Shown: positions 1-13,920 of the stretch, in pieces
Numbering within the stretch: the stretch's first letter is position 1
How the letters are laid out: the number at the start of each line of letters is the position of its first letter
From: Octopus vulgaris
Lineage: Eukaryota
Length of the DNA: 64,000 nucleotides
Direction of reading: 5' to 3'
Assembly: GCA_951406725.2 (NCBI GenBank)
Contig: OX597816.1
Span: forward strand, 156,116,001 to 156,180,000
Translations under genes and position numbers: made by a program
The notes under the pieces: model-generated
The model's input: the letters and a program-made list of their open reading frames with translations, nothing else
Database searches by the model: none
What the model was told of the DNA's origin: nothing

Positions 1-345
1 CGCTATCACGCAGCCTTGCTTCACTCCGGAGGTGACTTTAAAGGGCTCAGAACTGCCTCTGTCGGTCTGGACTCTGGCGTGCATATTGTCGTGGAGGAGT
101 TTAAGGATCCGGATGAACTTATCTGGGCATCCATACTGGGCGAGAATATCCCAGAGGAGACACGATCAAAGGCTTTGGATAGGTCGATAAAGGCCAAATA
201 GAGCGGTTAGTGTGGCTCACGAAATTTTTCTTGTAGCTGTCGCAGCGTGAAGATCATGTCGGTTGTGCTTCGTGATGGCCTAAAGCCGTTCTGCGTCTCA
301 GGAAGGATCCTCTCTGACAGCGTTTTGAGGCGGTTGTTCAGGATG
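1..345 (-). mobile_element. RTE-clade LINE reverse transcriptase fragment (decayed)
   Basis: Manual minus-strand translation: ILNNRLKTLSERILPETQNGFRPSRSTTDMIFTLRQLQEKFREPH*PLYLAFIDLSKAFDRV, then after a frameshift LWDILAQYGCPDKFIRILKLLH...FKVTSGVKQGCVIA. These are non-LTR RT motifs (QxGFR, FIDLxKAFD, GVKQG). Contains a stop and a frameshift and runs off the window start. Confidence 0.92.
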
Positions 346-1684
346 CAACAAACTTCAAAAACTTACATATCTATACTTAGTGAATTCGAATTCTATTAGA
401 GTTGATTTCGCATCCTTCCTTCTCTAGATAAAAAGTGTACAGGTATCGAATCGATATTATCAAACTCTACCCCTTTTTCCCCCCATTCCCGTAAGGATAT
501 GTTGCTATGTTAGAAATCGAAATTAAATACCAGATAATATGAATAAAGCTGTTAAATTGATGGCCACATTATTTCCAGGACGAAACAATTGTTAATATAT
601 TTTCTCAATGTCAGCGTATACAATATGTCTGTGGGGAAACGTGTTACTGTATTAAGTTTCCATTTAGTATTTAGATTTTGTCTCGATATCTATATAGCAG
701 GTGCGTTATGATAACAGCTACTCGGCTTTTCATATCTGCAGATTTCCAACATATCCATGTAACGAGTAAATGGAACACTGTATAATCTTTGAAAATCAGC
801 CATTCTCAGAAAAATAACAAACAAACCCGAAACAGCAAATTTCTTTATAAAATTCTTATTTTTACCCATGCAGAAACGTATATCTGCCTGTCTCTTTCAT
901 ACAGGTACACATAGACACCCACGCACACACACATATACATATATACACAATATACACATACATATATATGTTTATATATATATATATATATATACATACA
1001 TACATACAAACATATTGATATGCGTTTGTGTCTCTATGTATGCATGGATGGCATACCGTATAGCAATGATTTACATTTACGTAAGATAAGCATAAAATCT
1101 GCTACTTAAATCTGCTATATACAACACAACATAGTAAAAAAATAGAAGAGAAAATACTCGACAAAACAACATGTTATAGATTTTAAGAGATAATTCCACC
1201 CAACGCATTAGTAGGATTGTTATGGAGCTTACTGCTAAAGGAATAAAGAGACAGATGAAATCATAAAATACCGGGATTGGAAAATAAAAAAAATAGCAAT
1301 CGATACTAAAAGTGTTGGTTGAAAGTGTGTGGAAAATCAGAGTAAAAATTTACGAAATACATTTCGCATTGAAAGATGTTATGAAGAGAGTGTCTAGTTA
1401 ACACACAACACTGGTCATACACAAACATAGACCGAGAGACATATGTTAAAGTATGGTTATGTAAGTATATATTTAAATACAAATGGTGTGAGATTTGTGT
1501 GCCTGTCACTAAATAAGTAAATGTATGCAAGTGAGCTTGTGTACTTACGGACTAAGTGAATTGTGTGCAGTAAAGTAGGAGCGCAAAAAATATAAAAGAC
1601 ACCACCTAAAAGTAAGTAGATGTTTTTGTTGACTAGAAACTTTTATGACTAATATATCATATGGCTTACATGCCTGCACATATA

Positions 1685-1685
<1 letters not shown>

Positions 1686-1722
<37 letters not shown>

Positions 1723-1731
1723 TGTGTGCAT

Positions 1732-1789
<58 letters not shown>

Positions 1790-1868
1790 CATATATGTAT
1801 AGATATATATATATACATATACATATGTATATATATGTATATGTATATATATATACATATATATACAT

Positions 1869-1939
<71 letters not shown>

Positions 1940-2118
1940 TGTATGTATGTATATGTATATATATGTATATATATACATATACATATATATACATATGTAT
2001 ATGTATATATATATCTATACATATATGTATGTATATATATATATATACAGATATGCACACATGTAAGTATCTATCTATCTATATAATATATATATATATA
2101 TGTATATATATACATATA

Positions 2119-2161
<43 letters not shown>

Positions 2162-2180
2162 TATACATATATATGTTTGC
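1686..2180. repeat. Compound (TA)n/(TACA)n/(TATG)n microsatellite with internal inverted symmetry
   Basis: Directly visible. The segment ~1722-2062 is a near-palindrome (see findings). Confidence 0.9.
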
Positions 2181-2689
2181 ACATTATGAGCACACAAGCA
2201 CATATATAAAGCATGCCTATAAGCCTATATACATGTATCGGGATATACGTATATGCACACATATATAAATCCGTATGAAGAAAATTGTTTGACACATCTA
2301 TGTGTTTTAAAATTAAAATAGGAAACTGCAGCTCGTAAAATGTGCGATAAAAACATCTATTTTGTGAAAGATAGAAATAAGATTAACTATATTTTACAGA
2401 GGGAAGTACTTTTTTTACATAGAAAAAATTGTAAGAATCTTTGAATCTTACATATCTAGTGTCAATTAACTGTAAATGTTGACAACGGAAGTCCAAACGC
2501 TATGTTACACCATCAGCTACAAGATGTAGACACGAAGATAGCAATGATTTGTCTAATAAAGAATTAAGATTCTGTTCTGAAACTTTGTTGAAAAATAGTG
2601 CTCTGATATACAACATAAGAGAAACATGCACCATAGAAGACGTTTAACAATTATTTTTAATTTCGGCAGAAGGTCAGCTATTTGGAAGT

Positions 2690-2870
2690 GAATGGATGTT
2701 AGTCGACTATATCAATCTCAGCACTTGACTGGTAACATTTTTATCAGGACCAAAAGATAAGAAGTAGAGCTGGTCTCGGTAGGATTTAAATGCAGAATGC
2801 AACGAGTCGAAACGAATCGCACAGTTCAAATTCACTGACGCTCAAATGATTCTGCTAGCACGCCGCCTTC
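2690..2870 (-). mobile_element. Degenerate copy of SINE family A
   Basis: Diverged matches to the 5684-5917 copy (agtcgactatatc, actggta, gattctgctagcacgccgcct). Confidence 0.6.
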
Positions 2871-4739
2871 ATTGCACGTTTATTATTTCTACGAATGCTG
2901 AAGTAGTGTTGTTTAACACAGACCGAATAGATTTATGATGGGAAGCTTTAAAGTTGCTGTATTCTCTTCCTTATTTAATACAGCGGAATTTGTATTATTT
3001 ACATTTGACAGATATTCGTCCTCATCTTGTTTGTTGTTAGCCAGGTTCTTGGGGAACCTGGGTTCTCATTCATAAATATCCGTCAAATGTAAATAATGTA
3101 CATAGTTCTTCATCTCTTAAATATAGAACAGCTGAATTTGTAATTTGAAGATTTCGTTAGTATTTCCATCATATCAACGAAGATACTTCTACCATAGAGT
3201 TATCCTCTTCGCCTCGAACTGTAGTGTGTTGACGAACTAGATTGCTTAAAACAACTAGTTCTGTATCAGTACAATCTCAAATTGAGTATCTTTTAAATGT
3301 CAAATTGTGTTTTATCTTTTTGGTGCTAAGCATTTTCTCTCCTTTTGCAGTGTATGTATCTAGGATAAGTCAGCTTTGTAGAATCGGTTTTGACATTATT
3401 ATAATTGATAAAAATTCAATAACGCATACTTTTTCTTCAGTTCGACGATATGAGAGTACACAGCATTACTTATTACTCATCTGTCCTACTTCTAGGATAG
3501 AAAGTTTTGCATGTTAATATGCATTAAGTAGAGCATATTAAGACATGCATTCCACTAAATTAATGTAGCAAATATATATGATATTTAGCGACGAAGGCCT
3601 TGAAGGATGTAGGGAATGTGTTATAAAGAAATTCAGCATTCAGTCTAATCGTCGAGCGTTGAATACAGATGCACAGAAATCTATCTATGTGTTTTAAAGC
3701 AGTCGGTTAATACCTAATTATTTATGTAGTAGAAATTCCTTTATAAGTAACATCACAGAATCTATCATGAATGAAAATATTGCCATCAAATTAGATTATA
3801 TGAAACTACGCATATATTTTAGTCGAGTAACAAATATTGCCCTTGCAGGCTAATCTGCATTACCGTTGGTCTGCTAAAAAATAAAAGAAATGGAAACCAC
3901 ATAATCCAGTTGGACATTACATCGGTTGTTATAAAATAGAGAAAATTAGAGCATGTGTTTTATGAGGAATATACTTTATTCTGCGTGCAGGAAGATTCCA
4001 AATTATTAAATATATTATTGATCTACAGTATCAAGTAAACGCTGTGAATAAATGCAAGGTATGTGAAAAGGAAAAGAAAATATGCAATCGGATTGGGAAA
4101 CGAAGGACCGGTGCTAAGTTGCTCTATCACGAAAAATGTAACTGGAATTCATTATTCTGTTTATTCTACTGCTTTAGGTGTTACTCTGTTTTACATTACT
4201 TCATTGTAATTGAAATAAATGCTGTTGTAAGTGGTATTACTTTAAACATCGCGTTTTACTAGATCTCAGATGAATGAACGTTTGCAGGATTTAGCCAACT
4301 AGTTTATCAAATTAAGTTCGTTGCTAAGGAAGTGTATAATTTCGTTGAATGAGATGAGATTACATAACTTAGTGGTGCAGTCATTTTTAATCTTTCTTCC
4401 ACTCACTGATAGAGAAATGTAAAGAATTTGATCATCACAATTCAAATCAGTCATCGTCGCCATACCCAACGAAATGTCATTACTATTTGCTGACTTTGAG
4501 AACGAAACAACTTCGAGAGAAACGTCAAGTATTCAATTAAGGTAGACGTGAATCAACAGTTGTTGCTGTTACACCTCTCCCAACAACAATATTAATGATA
4601 ATATTGCAATGAGAGGACAAGAAGAAAGATGGGAGGAAATACTTTATACAGGAAACATTATAATAAAACAAATAATTACATGAAATAAATAAAAGCGTTT
4701 AACAAAACAAATACTACTTAAAACAAAATTCAGTTTAAT

Positions 4740-5680
4740 GTAAGGGTAATTACCTAAATATAAGTGAGAAAAAGTCACCCATGTTTATCAATCAGTGTAT
4801 TCCACACCTTCCTGATTATGCAACTTTTTTACGTCATGTGTTTACAATGCTGTAGATTCATTAAACTTCTGTGTTGCGCTCTTGGGCTTTAATGAGTAGA
4901 TTCGGTGGATCAATGACGTATAATATGTAGGAATGTTTTGTCCTCGTAATATACCGTTTTATGATGAAGGGTCTTCTCTTCCTCCGGATCGGTATTTCGT
5001 CCGGAAAATGCAGGCATTCTACCGGGTCCTTTGTAGGTTTGTGAAGGGCTGTTGAACTTCATTTAGGGGAGGATCAGTTTCTCCTCACAGAATATGGATT
5101 CCCGCTTCATAGGAGATGGCATGTTTCTCAATGGAGAATTTCTTCTGTTCACCACCATGAATTAAGTTTTGTTTGTTTAATGTTTATTTTGAAAAATCTT
5201 GCCTATTTTCGAAAAATTCTGCCAATCGTTCTCTACCTCTGCGTGCTTTTCCTCCTGATGCGTGGTTTGAATTCGTACTGCAGTGGAGAGAGGCTTCCTG
5301 ATAATATAGCTCCAATTACTGCTGCTATTGCTTAAGTTGACTCTTTTGGTTAAGGCTTGTAGAGAGTGTTCTTGGAGCCTCACTTCGTTCCTTGCAGGGA
5401 GACCAGACACCTTTTTACGCTCCCGCAGTTATGACCGGTGTCTTCTAGAAGCAGTATCTTCCATGATGATTTGGTTCTGTTGTTTTTGTTCTGTTAAGAT
5501 TTCTGTGCAGAAAGTATCAAGTCGGCTTTTACTTTCACACATGTAGATGCGAGATTTCTGCCTTTGATAGTGAACTCTAAAGCCTTCCTCTCAGCTCCCT
5601 CGACAACTCTAGTGGTGTTGTTTTGTGTTCTTGTGGTGTCATGAAGAATTGTATGTCAATAGTCACACCATCTGTTCACA
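4740..5680 (-). mobile_element. Possible decayed retroelement ORF1-like coding remnant
   Basis: Higher GC, coding-like composition and broken minus-strand frames (e.g. ORF 5177-5410). No diagnostic motif recognised. Confidence 0.25.
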
Positions 5681-5683
5681 TAA

Positions 5684-5917
5684 TACCTATTTCTTTACTA
5701 CCCACAAGGGGCTAAACACAGAGGGGATAGATAAGGACAGACAAACGGATTAAGTCGATTACATCGACCCCAGTGCGTAACTGGTACTTAATTTATCGAT
5801 CCCGAAAAGATGAAAGGCAAAGTCGACCTCGGCGGAATTTGAACTCAGAACGTAGCGGCAGACGAAATACCGCCAAGCATTTCGCCCGGCGTGCTAACGA
5901 CTCTGCCAGCTCGCCGC
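5684..5917 (-). mobile_element. tRNA-derived SINE, family A (near full length)
   Basis: Minus strand starts gcggcgagctggcagagtcgttagc, has a B-box-like gagttcaaattcc and a central gcctttcatc...gtaccag domain. Near-identical copies occur elsewhere in the window. Confidence 0.88.
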
Positions 5918-6804
5918 ATATACTCTTTTACTCTTATGCTCATTTGCTCATTTTGTGCTCCTAAAATTGGCTACGAGGCAGATCTCAACTTCAACATTGA
6001 TCTACCTATATTTCTCCACCCCAAATATTGTGAGATTGTATTAATGTGTGTCTCGTGCAATATGGGCTTGAACTTTTGCCACGTCCCGCGTTTTCAACCC
6101 TCCCCGTTGTCAAACTGACATATATAATGCTATACTATTTCTTCCACCCTCTCTCTCGCTCTTTCTCTTATTCTTTCTTGCAAAAGAGATTTCTCTTAAC
6201 AGACGTGCCCGGTCTTTCTGTAAATGATCCTCCGATGAATCAAGGCGAGCACACATAACGTTGGCAAAGCACAGAAGTGTTACTCTCTTCCTCTCAAGTA
6301 AATCTGTGACAAATTCTGGACGGCTGGCCCACATATCGTAACGCTGGCAAGATTTAGTTATTGTGGCATAATGTTTCAGTATTTGCGTCATTGAAAGTAT
6401 GCTTGCTGTCGATGGCGTTTATTTTTCGTTACACTTCCGTTTGAGAAAGTACAGAAATATTAATTATTGCTGTCATTGTCGTTCTTGTCAGACGTGTTGT
6501 CCGTTATGCTATGATTTCTTAATAATGTCAGTTTTTCCATTTCCTTCTGTTTTTTTTCATTAATAATCTTTTTAGATTTCGCTGTTTTGTATTGTTTAAT
6601 ACAATTTATTACATTTATTGAGTTGTAGTGAGACAATAAATTATAAATGGAAATACGTTTAAAAGCGATCATATTGTCAAAATTCCAGCATAATTTGACG
6701 ATTCAAAATGTCCTACAAAAAAATCGATGTATTAAATAATATCCTACATGGGAATTAATTGTTTTTGTTGCACTTGTAAAACTTTGCCCATATAAAACTG
6801 CGAA

Positions 6805-6938
6805 TTTTATTTTATCTACTCCGAGTGGATGGAAGGCAAATTCGACCTCGGTGGAATTTGCATTCTGAAGTCAGAGACAGATGGAATGCCGCTAAGAATT
6901 TTATTCAGCGTGCTAACGATTCTGCCAGCTCATCACCG
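6805..6938 (-). mobile_element. Partial degenerate SINE family A
   Basis: ggatggaaggcaaattcgacctcggtggaatttg...gtgctaacgattctgccagctc matches family A. Confidence 0.7.
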
Positions 6939-6939
6939 T

Positions 6940-7260
<321 letters not shown>

Positions 7261-7269
7261 TTGTTTTAT

Positions 7270-7812
7270 TTACCTCAGTGGCGTTAGTTATAGTTGAGAT
7301 TACAAACCAAATGTGTGTGGGTTTTACATAAAATAGGATGGGTTGAAATTAGGTGGAAATTAGGTTGATAGTCATATTCTATTATTATTCAAATGCCTAA
7401 TTTCTGTCGTATGCTTCCACTGCACTACTGCGCGCTGCTCTGTGTGCCTTACCCAGATTTATGTGCTGTACTGTGTTTTAGTTTTGTAATTTTTACTAGA
7501 GCGAATGTGACCTACGTATAATATGTATGTAGTGCCTAGAAGTATTGTCCTTTGTATATTACGTATATTTCTAAGTCCTGAAGTTGCAGTTAATTAGTTT
7601 TCTGCATGCTTTCGGATCAATCCTAAAGTACCAAACTATTATAGAGATTGCTTTTATTTTAAGACAGTATCTGTTTAAAGATTTTTACATTAAGATAATC
7701 TCTCTGTCTCTTTCAAAGATACGTATCAACCATACGTTATTTGAGAAGCAATCCATTTGCTGGTGGATCTTACAACAATATCTCGTCGGTTAGCCATGAT
7801 CTCCCTGTTTAA

Positions 7813-7868
<56 letters not shown>

Positions 7869-8130
7869 GTTTTCTTTCTATAATTATATCAGCTGGTATA
7901 ACTTCTAGTGTGTGTTAGTCCTAAATCTTTAATTCCTTGGAGTATTCTTCCTTGGTTAGGACTGGTCACTGATAGACAATGTGCCGACTTTATATTTTTA
8001 TTCATCGCCACATATTCTGCAGTTTGTGCATTCTGCTTCTCTATATGCTTTTGGTGCTTTCAGTCAAGTAAAACAATGGTCCCGTACTGCAGTCTAGAAG
8101 CATTATTATGATATAAACATTATCTTAAAT
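7270..8130 (-). mobile_element. R4/Dong-like (restriction-like endonuclease) LINE, decayed C-terminus and 3' end
   Basis: Minus-strand pieces CTNCRICGDE..HIV..PVLTKEEY (zinc knuckle), ANRRDIVV (PD-motif region), SLKETERLS and GTLGLIRK..NIRNIQRTILLGTTYIL. Interrupted by (TA)n at ~7820-7866. Its 3' end abuts the 6940 trinucleotide tract. Confidence 0.75.
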
Positions 8131-8283
8131 CTGGTGACAAAATATTTCTTCAAATCTAAAGAATCTTTTATAATATTCGTGCCGAATAGAGGATGACACT
8201 TTCTGCATCTTGACAATGCGAATTTCAGTTCCGTCAAGCTTGACTTCGCCTTTCATCTTATCGGGGTTGATGAAATAAATACC

Positions 8284-8517
8284 TATTTCTTTACTACCCA
8301 CAAGGGGCTAAACACAGAGAGGACAAACAAGGACAGACAAACGGATTAAGTCGATTATATCGACCCCAGTGGGTAACTGGTACTTAATTTATCGAACGCG
8401 AAAGGATGAAAGGCAAAGTCGACCTCGGCGGAATTTGAACTCAGAACGTAACGGCAGACGAAATACCGCTAAGCATTTCGCCCGGTGTGCTAACGATTCT
8501 GCCAGCTCACTGCCCTC
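8284..8517 (-). mobile_element. SINE family A inserted into an older opposite-strand SINE, with 15-bp TSD
   Basis: Flanked by gatgaaataaatacc at 8269-8283 and 8518-8532. Host + strand SINE halves lie at ~8220-8283 and 8518-8607. Confidence 0.9.
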
Positions 8518-9334
8518 GATGAAATAAATACCGGTTGAACACTGGGGTCAATTTAACTGACTTACACTTCCCCAAAAATTGCTGGCCTTGTACCAAAAAT
8601 TGAAACCGCTGCTATTAATAGTAGCAGTATTGCTCCTACGATGTAGACTTATTTTGCTACTACCGTTACGTTAACCGGAAATGTAATAGTTGTTGATATT
8701 ACTTAGTTTTCGATAAAAATAATTATGTCTACCTGCCTACGGTTTGCTATGTTGATATTCACATTAGTTGTTATATGAATTTATGCTTCAGAGTCTATTA
8801 TTTTTATCCTAAATGTCATTCATTGAACAAATCTTGTTAGAAACCCGCCCAACCATCACTAACTAAAAATACAAAGAAAAATATAAGCAACAAATAAACA
8901 GGGAATGGTTTAACAATAAATTGAAAATATTCTAGAACACACACGATTATATACATACATGAGCACACGCGCATATGTACACACACACCCACACACACGC
9001 GTATGCGTATATATATGTAGGTATTATACATATATTTACGTGTATACATACGTAAATAAACATGTTTGCGTACATACATACGTACGTAGATGGTGAAAAA
9101 CAAAACAGGATATATTTGAAATATCACCAGTACTATTTATCAATATTTGTCTTCAACACCTGCAATGATATTTAAGTTTCATATTTTCTCGGTATAGAAA
9201 ATGGCGTCTTTAGAGGTTCCTGCTTTAAGATCTTTAAGTAATTACAGATATAAAAATTTACCTTCTTTCTCTCTGTGAGGGAAACATCTTGTCTTTGACA
9301 TGAACAGTGGAACAGAATACGAAGTTTGTTTTCG

Positions 9335-9423
9335 TTGCTGCTGCTGTTGTTGTTGTTGCCACTTTCTTGTTGTTGCTATTGTTGCTGTTGTTGTTGTTGT
9401 TGTTCTTCTTCTTCTTCTTCTTC

Positions 9424-9470
<47 letters not shown>
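9335..9470. repeat. (GTT)n/(CTT)n compound microsatellite
   Basis: Directly visible. Confidence 0.95.
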
Positions 9471-9474
<4 letters not shown>

Positions 9475-9619
9475 ATGTCTTCTGTACTTCTTAGATGACA
9501 ACTCCTATATGTCTGCACATTCATTTCCTTATGTATTTCTCATGAAAAACAAATATGCTGAAATTGTTTCTTCTTGTTTCACAATTCTGGTATTTCAATA
9601 TCATTCCCATAAAATCAGT

Positions 9620-10760
9620 CTTGGTATTTACGTTCTATTTTCCAGAATTTGATCCATTTGCGCTCAATGCAGAGATCTGAATCTTCCATTGTTACTAATG
9701 AGAGCATTAGTGTATCTTCAAGCGCAGTATGCTTATCTTTGGACCTGGGTTTATGGAGATTCAGAGTAGATTTGAATAATTGGCCTTGAAGTTGTATGCC
9801 GTTCCTAATTTCGAGTTTTCACTTGGCTGTCATTAGGCAGTGATCCGCATAGATTTGGCAACGCATATGTCATGCCGAACTTTCTGATAACAAACGATGC
9901 TGACAATCAAGTGCCAGTGATTAGCACGTGGGCGCATCGAAGATGTGTGGTTCCTTAATGACAGTTTAAAAGTGGTGCTTGTCAGAAATGAATGGTTCAC
10001 GGTGCAAAAATAATGGAGCAAAAGTTCGCCGTCAGTATAACAGTTGTGTATTCCATTAGTTATTGACGCATTCCACCATGTTCTGCGATATATTTCGATC
10101 CGGCCATTGAAGTCGCCTATCAATATGTGTTTTGTCTTTTTTGAGGGAATGGTTGAAATTAGTAATGATTGATCTTCGTAGGACTTAACTTCGGATGTTT
10201 AATAAATGTTTATTGAGGGGACATGGCAGCTTACAATGTCGAGAAAATTCTGTTGGTAGTCTCAAAATCTTAAGTTCATCATAAATGGATTTTTTGAAAT
10301 ATTTTGGAAAGCAGTTATTCTTTAGAAAAGCAACAACAGATTCGCGCTTGTCATATTTATCCTTCTTTGACACGTAGAATGTGTAGCCTGCCCCATTTTC
10401 CTTCTGATGCCCAGTCTCTGGTAGTCTTGTTTATCATGAAGGGCTGATCTTCTTGCAGGTCTATCTACTTTGTTGCTATCAAGCAAAGCGTGTATATATC
10501 ATCCACCAAGCGTCAGTGATATATATTGTTGTCTAATATTGCAAGAATTGAATTCCGTCGTCAACCATGTTCTACTGAGCAAGAAGGAATGGAGCAGTAG
10601 GTGAGCACTGTGTTCCTGAATAGAGCTGCTCAAACATCAAAGAATCTGCAGGAGTTCAGCACCGTCTCGTTTGACAAGCTACAAGCCAATAACATGAGCC
10701 TCCTAGAATGGTGATTGCGACTGACAGCTTTCAGCTTTCCAAGTTTGTTATCGCTAACCC
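9620..10760 (-). mobile_element. RTE/BovB-like LINE, decayed AP-endonuclease region
   Basis: ORF 9833-10123 (IGDFNGRI...NCYTDGELLL...TTFKLSLRNHTSSMRPRANHWHLI...RHDICVAKSM) matches the RTE EN pattern GDFNAR...TSWMHPRSKHWHLIDY. Upstream GYTFY..KRESVVAF also fits. Confidence 0.85.
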
Positions 10761-11685
10761 TATATCGCCACAGAAAATCCAAAGAAGAAAAAAAGTAAAA
10801 CTGTACTGAATTCCGTAATAGTTTTCAAGTGAAGTACAACTGTGCAGCGACTACTCCTACTCTCTTCTTGCTCTTCCAGTATACAGTAGCAAGGTAGAAT
10901 CATGATAATTCAGAAATGTTGGAATTTAGGAGCTGCCAGAATGAGAAATCTTTCTACTGCCTGCAGGTGCTTCCAACCAGATTTTCTTTTAGGATTGATC
11001 ACCTTGCCCTATGCTTAAATATGTGCAATTCGCTAAGTAGCAGACATTATACAACGTATGTATTTTCCAATGAGAAGAGCTAGTCAATGTTATTGGATGC
11101 AGATTAAATTGCATGTGTTACACCAGAGTTTTCCTTCTAGAGAGATGTCAAAACAAAGGGTACTTTTCTGTTACGCAAAGCTAATGGACGATGGTTTTCT
11201 CTATTCAACGCTTAACAGGGTTTGTGTTTCGTACTTCGGATGTCCACAGGAACAACTGTCCTCACCAGGCAGAATTGTTAGAGTTTCTGATTTAGTGTCT
11301 GACCGCTTGACCATACGACAGGTTCCACAGGATGAGTTGTATATGTATATGCATGTGTCTATATATGTATATGTGTGTGTGTATGTGAATGTATATATAT
11401 ATATATATGTTTATAATAAGTGTAGATCGTATACGAGTGGGTATACATTTATAAAAAAAAGAAGTTTGAAAACGCCACTATATAAGATAAATTTTAATTT
11501 TCTTAGAAATTTTACGTGTTTCGGCTCTTCTTGAAAAAAACGAACCTTAACAAAAATATTTTAAAAAGTTAAGGGTAATAAAGAAAGTTCATAATTGTTT
11601 CTTACTAGTCTCAACAGAATCCACGTGGTGGTTTTTTCGTGGGGAGGAAGCATAATAGCTGTCTTATGTGTTCACTAAATTAGGA

Positions 11686-11760
11686 AATGAACAGTGGCCG
11701 AAATAGCAGTAGCAGCAGTGACAGTCACTGCTGCTACTGCTATTTCGGCCACTGTTCATT
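11686..11760. repeat. Perfect palindrome, 37-bp arms with 1-nt spacer
   Basis: aatgaacagtggccgaaatagcagtagcagcagtgac-a-gtcactgctgctactgctatttcggccactgttcatt. Confidence 0.97.
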
Positions 11761-12341
11761 CAGATACACATGTACGAATGCGTGTGTGCATTCGTACCTG
11801 TGTATATGTTGGTATATAGAATAAACTTGTAAACGTACCGTAGCCTTCCAATGAAACAAACATTTAAATGAAATAAATATTAAGGGTGGCGGGCGATAGA
11901 ATCGATCGACCACAGCGCTTGAAATGGGTGCCAAAGAAAACAAGGACTGTCCGAAAACTGAATCCATTAGGAGTATAATTCCAAAGAATTTTTGAACCCA
12001 TAATTTAGTCATACTTTACAAATATATAAATTACACAGAATTATTTCCGGTTTTTGTTTGATGCGTTTGATTTTGCTCGTTTACCTGCGATGTATCAAAT
12101 CAGTATTCATAAACACATAGACAAGAATATTTAAAATAAGAAAAAAATGCAATTATTACTCGGCATTACGTTGATCAAGATTACTAATCATTGATATTTT
12201 ATGATCTATCTTAGCTATTTATTCCTATATAACATCTACTTCTAATAAATTCCTATCACGTTTTCATACATTTGTATACATTTTTTGAAATCTACCTACC
12301 TACCTACCTACCTACCTACCTACCTACCTACCTACCTACTT

Positions 12342-12399
<58 letters not shown>

Positions 12400-12640
12400 G
12401 TCTTTCGATCTATTTATCGATCTCTCATGGATCTATGTATACATATATTGTTATTATTATTATTATTATCATTATTATTATTATCATTAATAACGCTCTT
12501 GTAACTCTTACTGCTTTGCATAATTGCTATTAATACTTTGAGATTTTTTCACTCTCAGATCGTTAACATAGAGTTTCGTTAACCTTATACTTCATGAATA
12601 TATTGTACACACTCACACACGCACACGCATGCATACATTA

Positions 12641-12698
<58 letters not shown>

Positions 12699-13759
12699 CG
12701 TGCGTGCGCGCGCGCGTGTGTGTGCGTATTTGTGTGTAGGTGGGGCATGTGTGTGTTTATGTGTGTGTGTATTTCAAAATACTCCCAATATTATGATGTA
12801 TATATTTTCCTCTATTTTCCTGGAGTTGAAGTAAAAGAAAAATATCGCTAACGATATCATTAAAGAGACAATCTCTGTTTATTAGAATCAGGCGGTAAAA
12901 AATCAGGGGCGCGAATTCCATCGAATTCTGTCCACATCCCGGTGTCAGTTAAGTTACTTAACAAAAAATTTGAAACCTGGAATTTGTGTGGAATGACGAC
13001 TGGTTGATTAGCAGAGAAGGTAGAGCACCAGTATACGTTTTCAGTTCATTTCCAACAGAAGGCAACCAGAACTTTCTTAACTCAGGGACTGAAGAAAAAA
13101 GTACAAATCAAGCACTGTTGATGATATCATCGATCTATATTCCATTTCGTTTCTTTGTTACTTTGAATTAATTCTAGAAAAATATATTTTGAAGAGAAAT
13201 ACCAATTGTTACACGATAGTATGAGAGAAACTGTACTTTTAGCTGTGATCATCTTATTTCTCTACCTTATTACACCAACACTGACAATAGCGATAAAAAT
13301 GCATACTTAGCATGTAACTCTCTCCTACTGTTTTACTATATTGCTCTATATTTTGTTTTATTCAAATACTCTAGCAGTATATTTTGTTTTAGGAATGTCA
13401 GTGTTCAGAGCTACTGGCGTGGATGTGACAGGTTGTTGAAGAACAGTTAACAAATCGACAGTGTTCATCTTGTTACTGACTTAAAACTCTATCCATATTC
13501 ATGACACATAATTGGTAATTTGTACTCACCTAAGTCTACATAGGGGCTTGTAGTTTAAACTACAGATAACCTGGTCGAGGAAAGCTACAATGAAAACAAT
13601 TCCAGTTATGATCATTCCGTTCTTTATTATACTATGTGTGTTGGACTAGGTGTCTTGAGTCTCTTTCATGCCTTTTTAGACGGTATAATATGATTGGATG
13701 AGATGTTCTTGTTTCTTCCATTTGGCATAGCAAACACGTAAATGTATTAACTCTGGCTC

Positions 13760-13920
13760 TTTACAGTTTTGAATTCAAATCCTACCGAGTTTAACTTTGC
13801 CTTTCATCCCACCGGGGTCAATAAAATATAGCACCAGCAGAGAAGTGATGTTGATAATCAATCAGTACCCTTCTCTCCTTTTCAAAATTCTTGGCCTTGT
13901 GCTCAGATTAGAAATAATTA
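13760..13920 (+). mobile_element. Degenerate SINE family A-like copy
   Basis: gaattcaaatcctaccgagtttaactttgcctttcatcccaccggggtcaataaaat. Confidence 0.6.
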
